DNA of 64,000 nucleotides from Phycisphaeraceae bacterium (GTDB lineage: Bacteria > Planctomycetota > Phycisphaerae > Phycisphaerales > Phycisphaeraceae), in assembly GCA_963674705.1 (NCBI GenBank), contig OY771506.1:1824001-1888000 (forward strand). Reading direction: 5' to 3'. Shown here one piece after another: positions 18,865 through 27,815 of this stretch (position 1 is its first letter; each line of letters begins with the position of its first letter). Position numbers and translations under genes: made by a program. Below the pieces are notes generated by a model. That model was not told the DNA's origin, did no database searches, and was given only the letters and a program-made list of their open reading frames with translations.

Positions 18865-20819
18865 AACTCATCCGTATGGGTGCGGCCGCGTTGAACCAGA
18901 CGCCTTTGGATTGGGATAACAACGCGGCGAATATTGCAGAAGCAATAGAGCAGGCGCGGCAGCGCGGGGTGTCGCTGTTGTGTCTGCCCGAGTTGTGCTT
19001 GTGTGGCTATGGCTGTGAAGATGCGTTCTTCGCCCCGGCGACGCGGCGGATGGCTCGGCGTGTATTGGAAGAGTTGTTACCCAAGACGCGCGGGCTCGCG
19101 GTGACGCTTGGTTTGCCGATCATGCATCAGGGATCGCTGTTTAATGCATGTGTGCTGGTGGTCGACGAGCGCGTTGTCGGTGTTGTGCCGAAGCAGCACC
19201 TGGCTGGCGATGGACTGCACTATGAACCGAGATGGTTCAAGCCCTGGCCACATCGTGTGGTGACGCAGATCGAGTTCGACGAGCATCGCGTGCCTTGCGG
19301 TGACCTTGTGTTTGATCTGCATGGCATCCGTATCGGTTTTGAAATCTGCGAAGACGCATGGGCGGCGGATCGGCCGGGCACGGGTCTGGCGGATCGAAGC
19401 GTGGATGTGATTCTCAATCCAAGCGCCAGCCACTTCGCGTTCGGCAAACAGGAAGTCCGCAAGCGACTGGTCGTCGACGGCTCGCGCGCGTTCGGCGTCA
19501 GTTATATCTACAGCAACTTACTGGGCAATGAAGCGGGGCGTGCGATTTATGACGGTGGTGCGTTGATCGGCAGCGGCGGCGTGCTTGTCGCGCAGGGGCC
19601 GCGGTTCAGTTACAGGCCCGTAGTGCTGACCGATGCGGTGGTGGATATCGACGCAACGCGCACGCAGCGATCACAACTCGCCAGCCGATTGCCACATCTT
19701 GAAGCGGATGCGGGATTGGTGGAAGTGGATTATGCATTGCCTGCGGGTCAGCCGGAGGTGTCACAATCCGAGGTTGAGCCTTGGGAGGCATCCGACTTTA
19801 TCGAGCAGGAGGCATTTACACGCGCGATTGCGCTGGGATTGTTTGATTATGCACGTAAGAGCAAGTCGCAGGGCTTCGTCGTTTCATTAAGCGGGGGAGC
19901 GGACTCGACGGCGGTGGCGTGTCTTGTTCGTTTGATGGTTGATCTTGGTTTGGCAGAACTTGGGGCCGATGGCTTTGCGAAACGGTTCGGGATCGATACC
20001 GCCGATACCAAAGCGGTAAGCAATACATCCAAACTGTTGATTACTGCGTACCAGGCGACACGCAACAGCTCGGACAAGACGCGTGATGCGGCTCGTAAGG
20101 TGGCAGAAGCAATCGGTTCAACGCATTACGAACTCGATATCGATGCGCTCAATCAAGGCTACATCAATTTAATCGAAGGCGCGATCGGTCGCGATCTTTC
20201 GTGGGAGCGGGACGATATCGCGTTGCAGAATATCCAGGCGCGCGTGCGGGCACCGGGTGTGTGGATGCTGGCGAACCTTCAGAACAAGTTACTGCTGGCA
20301 ACCAGCAACCGCTCCGAGGCGGCGGTGGGTTATACAACGATGGATGGCGACACCTGCGGCGGGATCAGCCCGATCGCCGGTATCGACAAAGCGTTTCTGC
20401 GCCAATGGCTTGTCTGGCTTGAGCGGTTTGGTCCTGATGGTGTCGGGCCTATCGAAGCCGTGAGCGCGGTGAATCAGTTAGCGCCGACAGCAGAACTGCG
20501 ACCCGAAGATAAGAAGCAGACGGATGAAGATGATCTGATGCCTTACGACGTGCTGGACGCGATCGAACACGAAGCGATCGGCCGCAAGCGTTCCCCTGCC
20601 GAGGCGCTGGCGGAACTGCAGACGCGGTTCCCGCAGTACCAGCCGCAGGTCTTAGGCAAATGGGTGCAGCGCTTCTTCTCCCTCTGGAGCCGAAACCAGT
20701 GGAAGCGCGAGCGGTTCGCCCCCAGCTTCCACGTGGACGACAAAAACCTGGACCCCAAAACCTGGTGCCGATTCCCGATCCTCTCAGGCGGATTTAAGCG
20801 CGAGCTGCGTGAGTTATAA
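18861..20819 (+). CDS. nadE: Glutamine-dependent NAD+ synthetase
   Basis: Nitrilase domain (LPELC, PKQHL, EICEDAW) + SLSGGADS, QNIQARVR, TSNRSE, PTAELR. Confidence 0.95.
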   Translation: MKLIRMGAAALNQTPLDWDNNAANIAEAIEQARQRGVSLLCLPELCLCGYGCEDAFFAPATRRMARRVLEELLPKTRGLAVTLGLPIMHQGSLFNACVLVVDERVVGVVPKQHLAGDGLHYEPRWFKPWPHRVVTQIEFDEHRVPCGDLVFDLHGIRIGFEICEDAWAADRPGTGLADRSVDVILNPSASHFAFGKQEVRKRLVVDGSRAFGVSYIYSNLLGNEAGRAIYDGGALIGSGGVLVAQGPRFSYRPVVLTDAVVDIDATRTQRSQLASRLPHLEADAGLVEVDYALPAGQPEVSQSEVEPWEASDFIEQEAFTRAIALGLFDYARKSKSQGFVVSLSGGADSTAVACLVRLMVDLGLAELGADGFAKRFGIDTADTKAVSNTSKLLITAYQATRNSSDKTRDAARKVAEAIGSTHYELDIDALNQGYINLIEGAIGRDLSWERDDIALQNIQARVRAPGVWMLANLQNKLLLATSNRSEAAVGYTTMDGDTCGGISPIAGIDKAFLRQWLVWLERFGPDGVGPIEAVSAVNQLAPTAELRPEDKKQTDEDDLMPYDVLDAIEHEAIGRKRSPAEALAELQTRFPQYQPQVLGKWVQRFFSLWSRNQWKRERFAPSFHVDDKNLDPKTWCRFPILSGGFKRELREL

Positions 20820-20855
20820 AGATATGGCTTACGATCTGCATATGAGTAAAAAGGC

Positions 20856-21686
20856 TCAGATGCGCTGCCTTTCGATATCGATAATCCGACGCCACATACT
20901 CAGAGGTGACACGCCTGCGTACCCACTGTCCTGTCCATCATTACATTCGATAACGATCCAGTCTCCAATGACGGTTTGTGCGATGTCGATCACAACAAAG
21001 ACCACATTGAGTCGTCGGGCGGCCTCTTCTGCGAGATCGCGAATTTGTTTTAACTCACCATCCGTCGGCGCAAAGCTTTCGGAGACCCAGTAGCGTCCCA
21101 CAGCGACACACTCACCCCTCCAACAGAATGTGCGGAACTCATAACTCTTAGGGAATCCAACTGACGCAGGACCAACCGGACGCAAGGGCACAAATTCACG
21201 GCATACGACCTTCTGCCAACGCAGAATCTCATCGTCATCCCATCGTGTCATAAGCGATTCAAAGTGTTTCGCCCCGTCAATGATTGACGTATCCTTATTG
21301 TGGCGGTTTGTCTGTCTTTGGCCTTTCACAAACACGGGCCATTGGAAGTGCTGTTCGACTTCTTTGCTTGCAGGTTTGTGATCAAACCAGACACTGCGAG
21401 GCGTCAAGTCTTTCAACAGTGAGTACCAGGTTGGTAGTTCACTGGTTCGCTGATACTCAGCGGGGGTATGTATCAGCCTTACACCCAACGATTCAAACTC
21501 ATTAAATCGCTGTTCGTAGTCCGGCGCAGTACCCAGGCGAGCGACAGCCACCACCGGCTCATCCAGATTCCATGGATGGCGGCATGAGAAAAACTGCTCG
21601 AAAGAAAAGTCGTAAGCTGGGAGCCCTATTGGCTTTGTAACACACCAGAGCGATTCTTCGATGTGGATTAATCCCGAAATATTCAT
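20856..21686 (-). CDS. ATP-grasp domain protein (R2K/DUF4343-like)
   Basis: PVFVKG, EFRTF, FVVIDIA, WIVIECNDGQDSG. Confidence 0.75.
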   Translation of the reverse strand: MNISGLIHIEESLWCVTKPIGLPAYDFSFEQFFSCRHPWNLDEPVVAVARLGTAPDYEQRFNEFESLGVRLIHTPAEYQRTSELPTWYSLLKDLTPRSVWFDHKPASKEVEQHFQWPVFVKGQRQTNRHNKDTSIIDGAKHFESLMTRWDDDEILRWQKVVCREFVPLRPVGPASVGFPKSYEFRTFCWRGECVAVGRYWVSESFAPTDGELKQIRDLAEEAARRLNVVFVVIDIAQTVIGDWIVIECNDGQDSGYAGVSPLSMWRRIIDIERQRI

Positions 21687-21735
21687 TCCCCTAGTCTAAA
21701 AGAAAGGGCATTTGACGGAAAATCAAATAATCCGC

Positions 21736-21783
21736 TTGACATAGTGTAATATATACACGAAACTAAGTGTAAATAAGACACGA
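21736..21783 (+). promoter_or_regulatory. Promoter with two tandem NrtR operators upstream of nrtR
   Basis: TTGACA 21736-21741; TAGTGT-aatatat-ACACGA 21742-21760 and AAGTGT-aaataag-ACACGA 21765-21783. Confidence 0.85.
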
Positions 21784-21794
21784 AGAGGTGTGTG

Positions 21795-22484
21795 ATGGCT
21801 AAGACATACGAATTTCCGCGAGCGGCGCTGACGGTGGACATCGTTGTTTTTGCGCTGGATGAGGATGACCTGAAGGTGATGCTGATCGAGCGCGACCTTG
21901 AGCCTTTCGCGGGGCGGTGGGCGATTCCGGGGGGCTTCGTCCGTGTGGATGAGACGCTGGACGAAGCGGCCCGCCGCGAGCTTGAGGAGGAGACCGGCTT
22001 GAGCGAGATCTACCTCGAGCAGCTCTACACGTTCGGCGAAGTTGATCGCGACCCGCGCGAACGAGTGGTGACCGTCGCCTATTACGCGCTGGTGAATCTT
22101 GAGGGCCACAACGTGCATGCCAGCACCGATGCGCGCAACGCAGCCTGGTTCGCGATCAACGACCTGCCGGCCCTGGCGTTCGATCATGAAAAGATCCTGG
22201 ACGTCGCGCTCGAGCGTTTGCGTGGCAAGCTGCGGTATCAGCCGATCGGGTTTGAGCTGCTGCCCGACAAGTTCCCGCTGCGAATGCTGCAACACCTGTA
22301 CGAGATAGTGCTCGACCGTGAACTGGACAAGCGCAACTTTCGCAAAAAGATCCTGAGCATGGACATTCTTATTGAGATGAATGAAATCGAAAAGGATGTC
22401 GCGCATCGCGCAGCGAAGCTGTACCGGTTTGATAAAGCGAAGTATGACAAGAAGACGCGCGAAGGTTTTAACTTCGAGATATAG
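21795..22484 (+). CDS. nrtR: NrtR transcriptional repressor (Nudix + winged helix)
   Basis: [53 protein letters not shown]. Confidence 0.93.
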   Translation: MAKTYEFPRAALTVDIVVFALDEDDLKVMLIERDLEPFAGRWAIPGGFVRVDETLDEAARRELEEETGLSEIYLEQLYTFGEVDRDPRERVVTVAYYALVNLEGHNVHASTDARNAAWFAINDLPALAFDHEKILDVALERLRGKLRYQPIGFELLPDKFPLRMLQHLYEIVLDRELDKRNFRKKILSMDILIEMNEIEKDVAHRAAKLYRFDKAKYDKKTREGFNFEI

Positions 22485-22486
22485 CC

Positions 22487-22993
22487 ATGCAGTATGTTGA
22501 AGCGCCATTCGAATATCAAGCGGATGAACCGAGCGTGTTTCTTGCTGGGGGTGTAGGGGATATCGAGTCCTGGCAGATGAAGATCGCTTCAATGTTATGC
22601 GGGACGCGTTGGGTGGTGTTGAATCCGAGATGGCTGTCTTATCCGCATGGGGATCATGAAGTCGACAGACAGCAGATTGCTTGGGAAGAACGGCATATGA
22701 ACAAAGCCTCGTTGATCGCGTTCTGGTTCCCCGGCAAGTCGGTGTGTCCAATCACGTTTTTTGAATTAGGGCTTGTGCTGAACACGAACAAGCCGATCGT
22801 CGTCGGGGCGCACCCAAGTTATCCGAGGCGGTTTGATCTGGAGGAGCATGTCAGATTGAGACGGCCAGCGATAGATGTCGTGGATTCGATCGATGCTTTA
22901 GTGGCTGGAGTTATTGAAGCTTATCCAGAGGAATTGGTAGAGGGTGCTTGTAGCGGATCGCAAGAGTACGAAGCTGTAACGGTTGATGTGTGA
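22487..22993 (+). CDS. Nucleoside 2-deoxyribosyltransferase-like protein
   Basis: SVFLAGG, WQ, LNPR, QIAWE, CPITFFELG. Confidence 0.8.
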   Translation: MQYVEAPFEYQADEPSVFLAGGVGDIESWQMKIASMLCGTRWVVLNPRWLSYPHGDHEVDRQQIAWEERHMNKASLIAFWFPGKSVCPITFFELGLVLNTNKPIVVGAHPSYPRRFDLEEHVRLRRPAIDVVDSIDALVAGVIEAYPEELVEGACSGSQEYEAVTVDV

Positions 22994-24051
22994 TGGATCG
23001 TTTTGAACACATTCAGGGTTGCCTTTTCGGCACGGCGGTTGGCGATGCGATCGGCTTGCCACGCGAGGGTTTGCATCCGCGTCGAGCGAAGCGGCTGTTT
23101 GGTGAAGCGCCGTTACACCATGCATTAGTAGGTCGGCGTGGTTTGTGCAGCGATGATACGGAGCACACAGTCATGGTTGCACAGTCGCTGATTGGTTCTG
23201 CGGGTGAAGCTGAAAGTTTCCTGGGAGAATTTTCCCGTCGACTGCGTTGGTGGTTTTTGCGATTACCGGGCGGCGTCGGGTTTGGGACGCTACGGGCATG
23301 CGTGAAGTTGTGGTTAGGCGTTTCACCGGAGCGGAGCGGTGTGAACAGTGCGGGCAATGGGCCGGCGATGAGAAGTGCATTGTTGGGATTGTTCGCTCAT
23401 TCAAGAGAGCATATGGAAGCGCTGGTTAAGGTGTCGACTCGGATAACGCATTCTGATCCACGTGCGGAAGTAGGTGCAGCGGTGATTGCGGGGCTTGCGC
23501 GCATGATAGGTGACGCAGATAGCAAGACTCTGACTGCGCACGATATCACCCGCGAGGTAATTGAACGTGTGAAAGATCAGGCACTTCGTGAGCGTTTACA
23601 GCATGCTATTGAAGCGGTAGATCGCAACAGTGATACAAGTGTATATGTGCAGGAAGCAGGCTTGGAAAGTGGTGTCAGTGGATTTGTTAATCATACGGTC
23701 CCCTCTGCGGTTTACTGCTGGTTCAAGCATCAAGGCGATTTCCGGTCAGCAGTGGAGGCGGCCGTTATGTTGGGTGGAGACACCGATACCGTCGCTGCAA
23801 TTACTGGAGCGCTTGCGGGGGCACAGGTTGGTAAGCAAGGCATCCCAGGGGAGTGGGTCAATGGTATATCGGAGTGGCCTTGCACGATAAGGTGGATGGA
23901 TGCTTCGGCACAACGCTTGGCGGATGTCTGTGAAAGCGGGGAAAACGATTCGCCGCCGGAGTTGTCGCCGATCAAACTGTTTTTGAGAAACATTGTTTTT
24001 ATCGCGATTGTTTTGATTCACGGGCTTCGCAGGTTGCTGCCCCCGTATTGA
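22993..24051 (+). CDS. ADP-ribosylglycohydrolase (DraG/ARH family) with hydrophobic C-tail
   Basis: GTAVGDAIG, SDDTEH, SAGNGPAMR, THSDP, GGDTDTVAAITGA. Confidence 0.92.
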   Translation: MDRFEHIQGCLFGTAVGDAIGLPREGLHPRRAKRLFGEAPLHHALVGRRGLCSDDTEHTVMVAQSLIGSAGEAESFLGEFSRRLRWWFLRLPGGVGFGTLRACVKLWLGVSPERSGVNSAGNGPAMRSALLGLFAHSREHMEALVKVSTRITHSDPRAEVGAAVIAGLARMIGDADSKTLTAHDITREVIERVKDQALRERLQHAIEAVDRNSDTSVYVQEAGLESGVSGFVNHTVPSAVYCWFKHQGDFRSAVEAAVMLGGDTDTVAAITGALAGAQVGKQGIPGEWVNGISEWPCTIRWMDASAQRLADVCESGENDSPPELSPIKLFLRNIVFIAIVLIHGLRRLLPPY

Positions 24052-24063
24052 TTGGAGTTAGTT

Positions 24064-24672
24064 ATGAAAGCGTTACTACTCGTTGATATCCAGAACGACT
24101 TTACGCCCGGTGAAACCGGCGGGGCGCTTGCTGTGCCGAAGGGTGATGAGGTGATTGCTGTCGCGAACCGTTTGATGCCGGCGTATGAACTGGTCGTTGC
24201 GACGCAGGACTGGCATCCGGCGGGGCACAAGTCGTTTGCAAGTTCACATCCCGGGCACGAGGTCGGCGAGGTGATTGAATGGGACGGCCTGCAGCAGATC
24301 CTTTGGCCGGACCATTGCGTGCAGGGGACGGTCGGTGCAGAGTTCTGCGCCGGGCTGGATGTTGTGAGGATCAATGAAGTGGTTCAGAAAGGAACCGATC
24401 TCAACATCGACAGCTACAGCGGCTTCTACGACAACGGCCATCGTAAATCGACCGGCCTTGCAGACCTGTTGCGATCTCGCGGCGTGACTGAGGTTGATGT
24501 GATGGGCCTGGCAACGGATTACTGCGTGAAGTTCACCGCGTTGGATGCGGTGAAAGAAGGGTTTGAAACGCGATTGATATTAGAAGGTTGCCAAGGCGTT
24601 GAACTGAAGCCGGGCGATTGTGAAAAGGCGGTGGATGAGATGCGTAATGTAGGTATTCAAGTTGTGGTCTAG
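24064..24672 (+). CDS. pncA: Nicotinamidase/pyrazinamidase
   Basis: VDIQNDF, TQDWHP, WPDHCVQG, DSYSGF, GLATDYCV. Confidence 0.95.
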   Translation: MKALLLVDIQNDFTPGETGGALAVPKGDEVIAVANRLMPAYELVVATQDWHPAGHKSFASSHPGHEVGEVIEWDGLQQILWPDHCVQGTVGAEFCAGLDVVRINEVVQKGTDLNIDSYSGFYDNGHRKSTGLADLLRSRGVTEVDVMGLATDYCVKFTALDAVKEGFETRLILEGCQGVELKPGDCEKAVDEMRNVGIQVVV

Positions 24673-24704
24673 TAGCAGCATGAGAACTATCTTAGAGGTG
24701 CTTT

Positions 24705-25181
24705 GTGTTACGTATAGTTACTGGAGATGCAACTCAACCATTAGGTAGCGATCCTCGGGTTATCGTCCATGTTTGTAATGACGAGGGCGGTTGGGGACGA
24801 GGTTTTGTTGTTGCTTTGTCTGCACGATGGAAGATTCCTGAGGCTGCATATCGATCGTGGTTTAAGAAAGGTGAGGCGGGCGGGTTTGCCCTTGGAAGTG
24901 TTGATTTTGTTGAAGTGGAACCATCACTATGGGTCGCAAACTTAATTGGACAGCACAAGACAAGGTCTATTAAAGGTGTCCCACCCGTGCGTTATGAAGC
25001 TATTCGATTGGGACTGGAAGTGATTAGACGATTCTGCGAAGAGAATCAAGCGTCGGTGCATATGCCAAGGATTGGTTGTGGCTTGGCGGGAGGTAGTTGG
25101 GAAAAAGTTGAATCATTGATCAGAGATGAATTGATTGGCTATGACATTGATGTGACTGTTTACGATCTTCCTACGGATTAA
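24705..25181 (+). CDS. Macrodomain, TARG1/DarG/SCO6735-like class
   Basis: GDAT, HVCNDEGGWGRGF, VANLIGQ, HMPRIGCGLAGGSW. Confidence 0.85.
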   Translation: MLRIVTGDATQPLGSDPRVIVHVCNDEGGWGRGFVVALSARWKIPEAAYRSWFKKGEAGGFALGSVDFVEVEPSLWVANLIGQHKTRSIKGVPPVRYEAIRLGLEVIRRFCEENQASVHMPRIGCGLAGGSWEKVESLIRDELIGYDIDVTVYDLPTD

Positions 25182-25202
25182 AAACCATAAGTTGAGGTCT
25201 TT

Positions 25203-26039
25203 ATGAATCGATTAAACAGAAAGAGTCTTGCCGAAGATATGCTTCGGATTGTTGAGTGTGGCGAGTATGAGCCGCGGCCGGGGGTTGTCGTTCGGATTGC
25301 GGATGCGGTGGAGGCGGCGGTGGGGGAGACGCGATTGTTTACGCCGAGTGAATTGAATCGGTTGACGAAGTGGGCGCCTGAGCCGGTTGAAGGCGGCACG
25401 CGGATCGAGGTTTGTAATGAGACGACGTTGAGCGCGGCGCATCGGTTGGTGGTAGAGGAAGGTTTGGGGGAAGTGTTGTGCCTGAACTTCGCATCGGCGA
25501 AGAATCCGGGCGGCGGATTTCTTGGTGGCAGCCAGGCACAGGAAGAAAGCCTGGCCCGTTCCTCGGCTTTGTATGCGTGCCTGACCGCAGCGCCTATGTA
25601 TTACGAAGTGAACCGGTCATGCAGGACCACGATGTATACGGATCATATGATTCTGAGCCCGGATGTACCCGTGTTTCGCCTTGACGATGGTGGGTTGCTT
25701 GATGAGCCTTATGAGGTTTCATTCATCACCGCGCCGGCGGTTAATGCGGGGGCGGTCGCGCGGAATGAGCCGAGATGTATTGAGCAGATCGTCCCGACGA
25801 TGCGTCGTCGTATCGCGATGGTGCTTGCGCTGGCTGCGAGTGAGGGTTATAAGCAACTGGTGCTTGGCGCCTGGGGTTGCGGCGTATTCCGTAATGATCC
25901 GGAAGAGATCGCGGGCCTGTTTGCTGAGCAATTGCTGGCAGGGGGCGTATATGCCCAATGTTTTGAGCGTATTGTGTTTGCGGTGTTGGATCACCCGGGT
26001 GGCGAGAGCATTGAAGCGTTTGAGCAGCGGTTCAGCTAA
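25203..26039 (+). CDS. Bacterial PARG-like macrodomain (TIGR02452/DUF2263)
   Basis: LNFASAKNPGGGF...AQEESLAR, LGAWGCGVFRN. Confidence 0.92.
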   Translation: MNRLNRKSLAEDMLRIVECGEYEPRPGVVVRIADAVEAAVGETRLFTPSELNRLTKWAPEPVEGGTRIEVCNETTLSAAHRLVVEEGLGEVLCLNFASAKNPGGGFLGGSQAQEESLARSSALYACLTAAPMYYEVNRSCRTTMYTDHMILSPDVPVFRLDDGGLLDEPYEVSFITAPAVNAGAVARNEPRCIEQIVPTMRRRIAMVLALAASEGYKQLVLGAWGCGVFRNDPEEIAGLFAEQLLAGGVYAQCFERIVFAVLDHPGGESIEAFEQRFS

Positions 26040-26102
26040 GAATGAATTGGATGAAGTATCCATAGACAAAGGTCTGGTCAAGATTTTGAAGGATTATCAA
26101 AT

Positions 26103-26672
26103 ATGACTGCATCAAATCCTGATACGCTCTATAAGGGCCGATTCCTGAACCTTATGCAAACCGGTCAGTGGGAATATGTCACGCGTATCGGCTCGAGCGG
26201 GGTGGTGGCGATTGTAGCGCTGCATGATGACGGGCGGATTGTTCTGGTGGAACAGCTCAGGCCGGCGGTGGGGGGGCGTGTGATTGAGTTGCCGGCCGGG
26301 CTTGCGGGGGATGTGGATGAAGATGAGAGTTTATTGGTTGCGGCCAAGCGCGAGCTGGAAGAAGAGACGGGGTATTCAGCTTCGCAATGGCGGCGGCTGT
26401 TTACCGGGTATTCCTCGGCGGGTTTGACGGACGAAGCGGTCACGTTTTTCCTAGCAACAGGCTTGGCCAGGACCGGGCCAGGCGGGGGAGACGACAAGGA
26501 AGATATCCGGGTGCATGAAGTGCCTGTCGATGTATTAATGGATTGGATCAAGCAGTGGGATCAGGCGGGGGGCCATGTAGATGCCAAGTTGTATTCCGGC
26601 GTGTATGCTGGTTTGGCTCTATTTAAGAAGGACGCGGAAGATGGGGCAGGAAAAGATAAAGAAAGTCAGTAA
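26103..26672 (+). CDS. Nudix hydrolase, ADP-ribose pyrophosphatase-like
   Basis: [33 protein letters not shown]. Confidence 0.85.
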   Translation: MTASNPDTLYKGRFLNLMQTGQWEYVTRIGSSGVVAIVALHDDGRIVLVEQLRPAVGGRVIELPAGLAGDVDEDESLLVAAKRELEEETGYSASQWRRLFTGYSSAGLTDEAVTFFLATGLARTGPGGGDDKEDIRVHEVPVDVLMDWIKQWDQAGGHVDAKLYSGVYAGLALFKKDAEDGAGKDKESQ

Positions 26673-27189
26673 GTCGTTGAGCTATGTTCTGCGGCATAGG
26701 CCGGACACGATCGGCCTGATGCTGGGGGAGAACGGCTGGGTAGCGGTCGATGCTCTATTACGAGCGTTTGAAGAGCATGACCCGTTTTACTCGCGCGAGT
26801 TAATCGAGCGTGTCGTAGCCGAGAGTGATAAGCAGCGGTTTGAATTGAGCGCCGATCGCAAACAGATCCGTGCCCGGCAGGGGCATTCGGTGGAGATTGA
26901 CCTGGGGTATGAGCCGGCGGTTCCGCCTGATGTGTTGTATCACGGCACAGCCACGCGGAATCTGGAGTCGATCTTCGATAGTGGCATAAACAAAGGCAAT
27001 CGCCATCACGTGCATATGTCAACAAACAAGCAGACGATGCTCGCTGTCGGGATGCGTCATGGCAAGCCGGCCCTTCTTGCAATCGATGCCAAACGGATGC
27101 ACGAGCAGGGCTACACGTTTTACGTCACAGGCAACAACGTCTGGCTGACCGAGCACGTGCCCGCTGAGTTTATCGAGCAAACGGAATAA
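26641..27189 (+). CDS. kptA: RNA 2'-phosphotransferase (Tpt1/KptA)
   Basis: LSYVLRH, DKQRF, IRARQGHS, LYHGT, RHHVHMS, VWL. Confidence 0.93.
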   Translation: MGQEKIKKVSKSLSYVLRHRPDTIGLMLGENGWVAVDALLRAFEEHDPFYSRELIERVVAESDKQRFELSADRKQIRARQGHSVEIDLGYEPAVPPDVLYHGTATRNLESIFDSGINKGNRHHVHMSTNKQTMLAVGMRHGKPALLAIDAKRMHEQGYTFYVTGNNVWLTEHVPAEFIEQTE

Positions 27190-27196
27190 ACCTCAG

Positions 27197-27709
27197 ATGA
27201 CGCGTTGGGCAGTACATCACGGCGATATCTTTGATGTGCAGGCTGAAGCATTGATCTGCTCGGCCAATGTGTTTCTCACATTGTCAGGTGGTGTTGGCGG
27301 TGAGTTGTTGCGTCGATACGGCAATACGATGCAGGATCGGTTGAACGCCTATTTAAGCGAGCAAGGTCTTCGGCATGTACCACGCGGAACGGTTGTTGCG
27401 GCAGATGCAAGCGGGACGCCTTACCGTGTGATACTGCACGCGGTCGCGGTCGATGGGATGTATGAATCCAGTCCGGAGGTTGTGGCGGAAGTTATTAGCC
27501 GTGCAACAGCGATGGCTGCGGAGCATGGCGTTACCACCGCAGTGTTACCCGCGCTTGCCACGGGCTATGGCAAGCTGAGTGTGCAAGCGTGTATTCAAGG
27601 AATTCGTCATGCCGCTCAGCAGATAACCGATGTGGCGTGTGTTACCGTCGCGGTTCGTGATTGTGATACGGCAGGTCGTCTACGGGAAGCCATTGCAGAT
27701 TTTGTTTAA
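27197..27709 (+). CDS. Macrodomain protein (MacroD/YmdB-like)
   Basis: GDIFD, CSAN, GGVGG, ILHAV, PALATGYG. Confidence 0.85.
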   Translation: MTRWAVHHGDIFDVQAEALICSANVFLTLSGGVGGELLRRYGNTMQDRLNAYLSEQGLRHVPRGTVVAADASGTPYRVILHAVAVDGMYESSPEVVAEVISRATAMAAEHGVTTAVLPALATGYGKLSVQACIQGIRHAAQQITDVACVTVAVRDCDTAGRLREAIADFV

Positions 27710-27815
27710 TCTGAAAACGTAAAAACGAGCCCTATGAATAACTAATGGATTGCTTTATTCAGTATTCGCACAGGGCCGTGCAATGATTTTTCTTGGGGAT
27801 AGGCCCCCTTTCAAG

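Noticed and set aside
21723..22751. 342-aa minus-strand ORF
   Set aside because: Shadow of nrtR and the NDT-like gene, which carry clear motifs on the plus strand.
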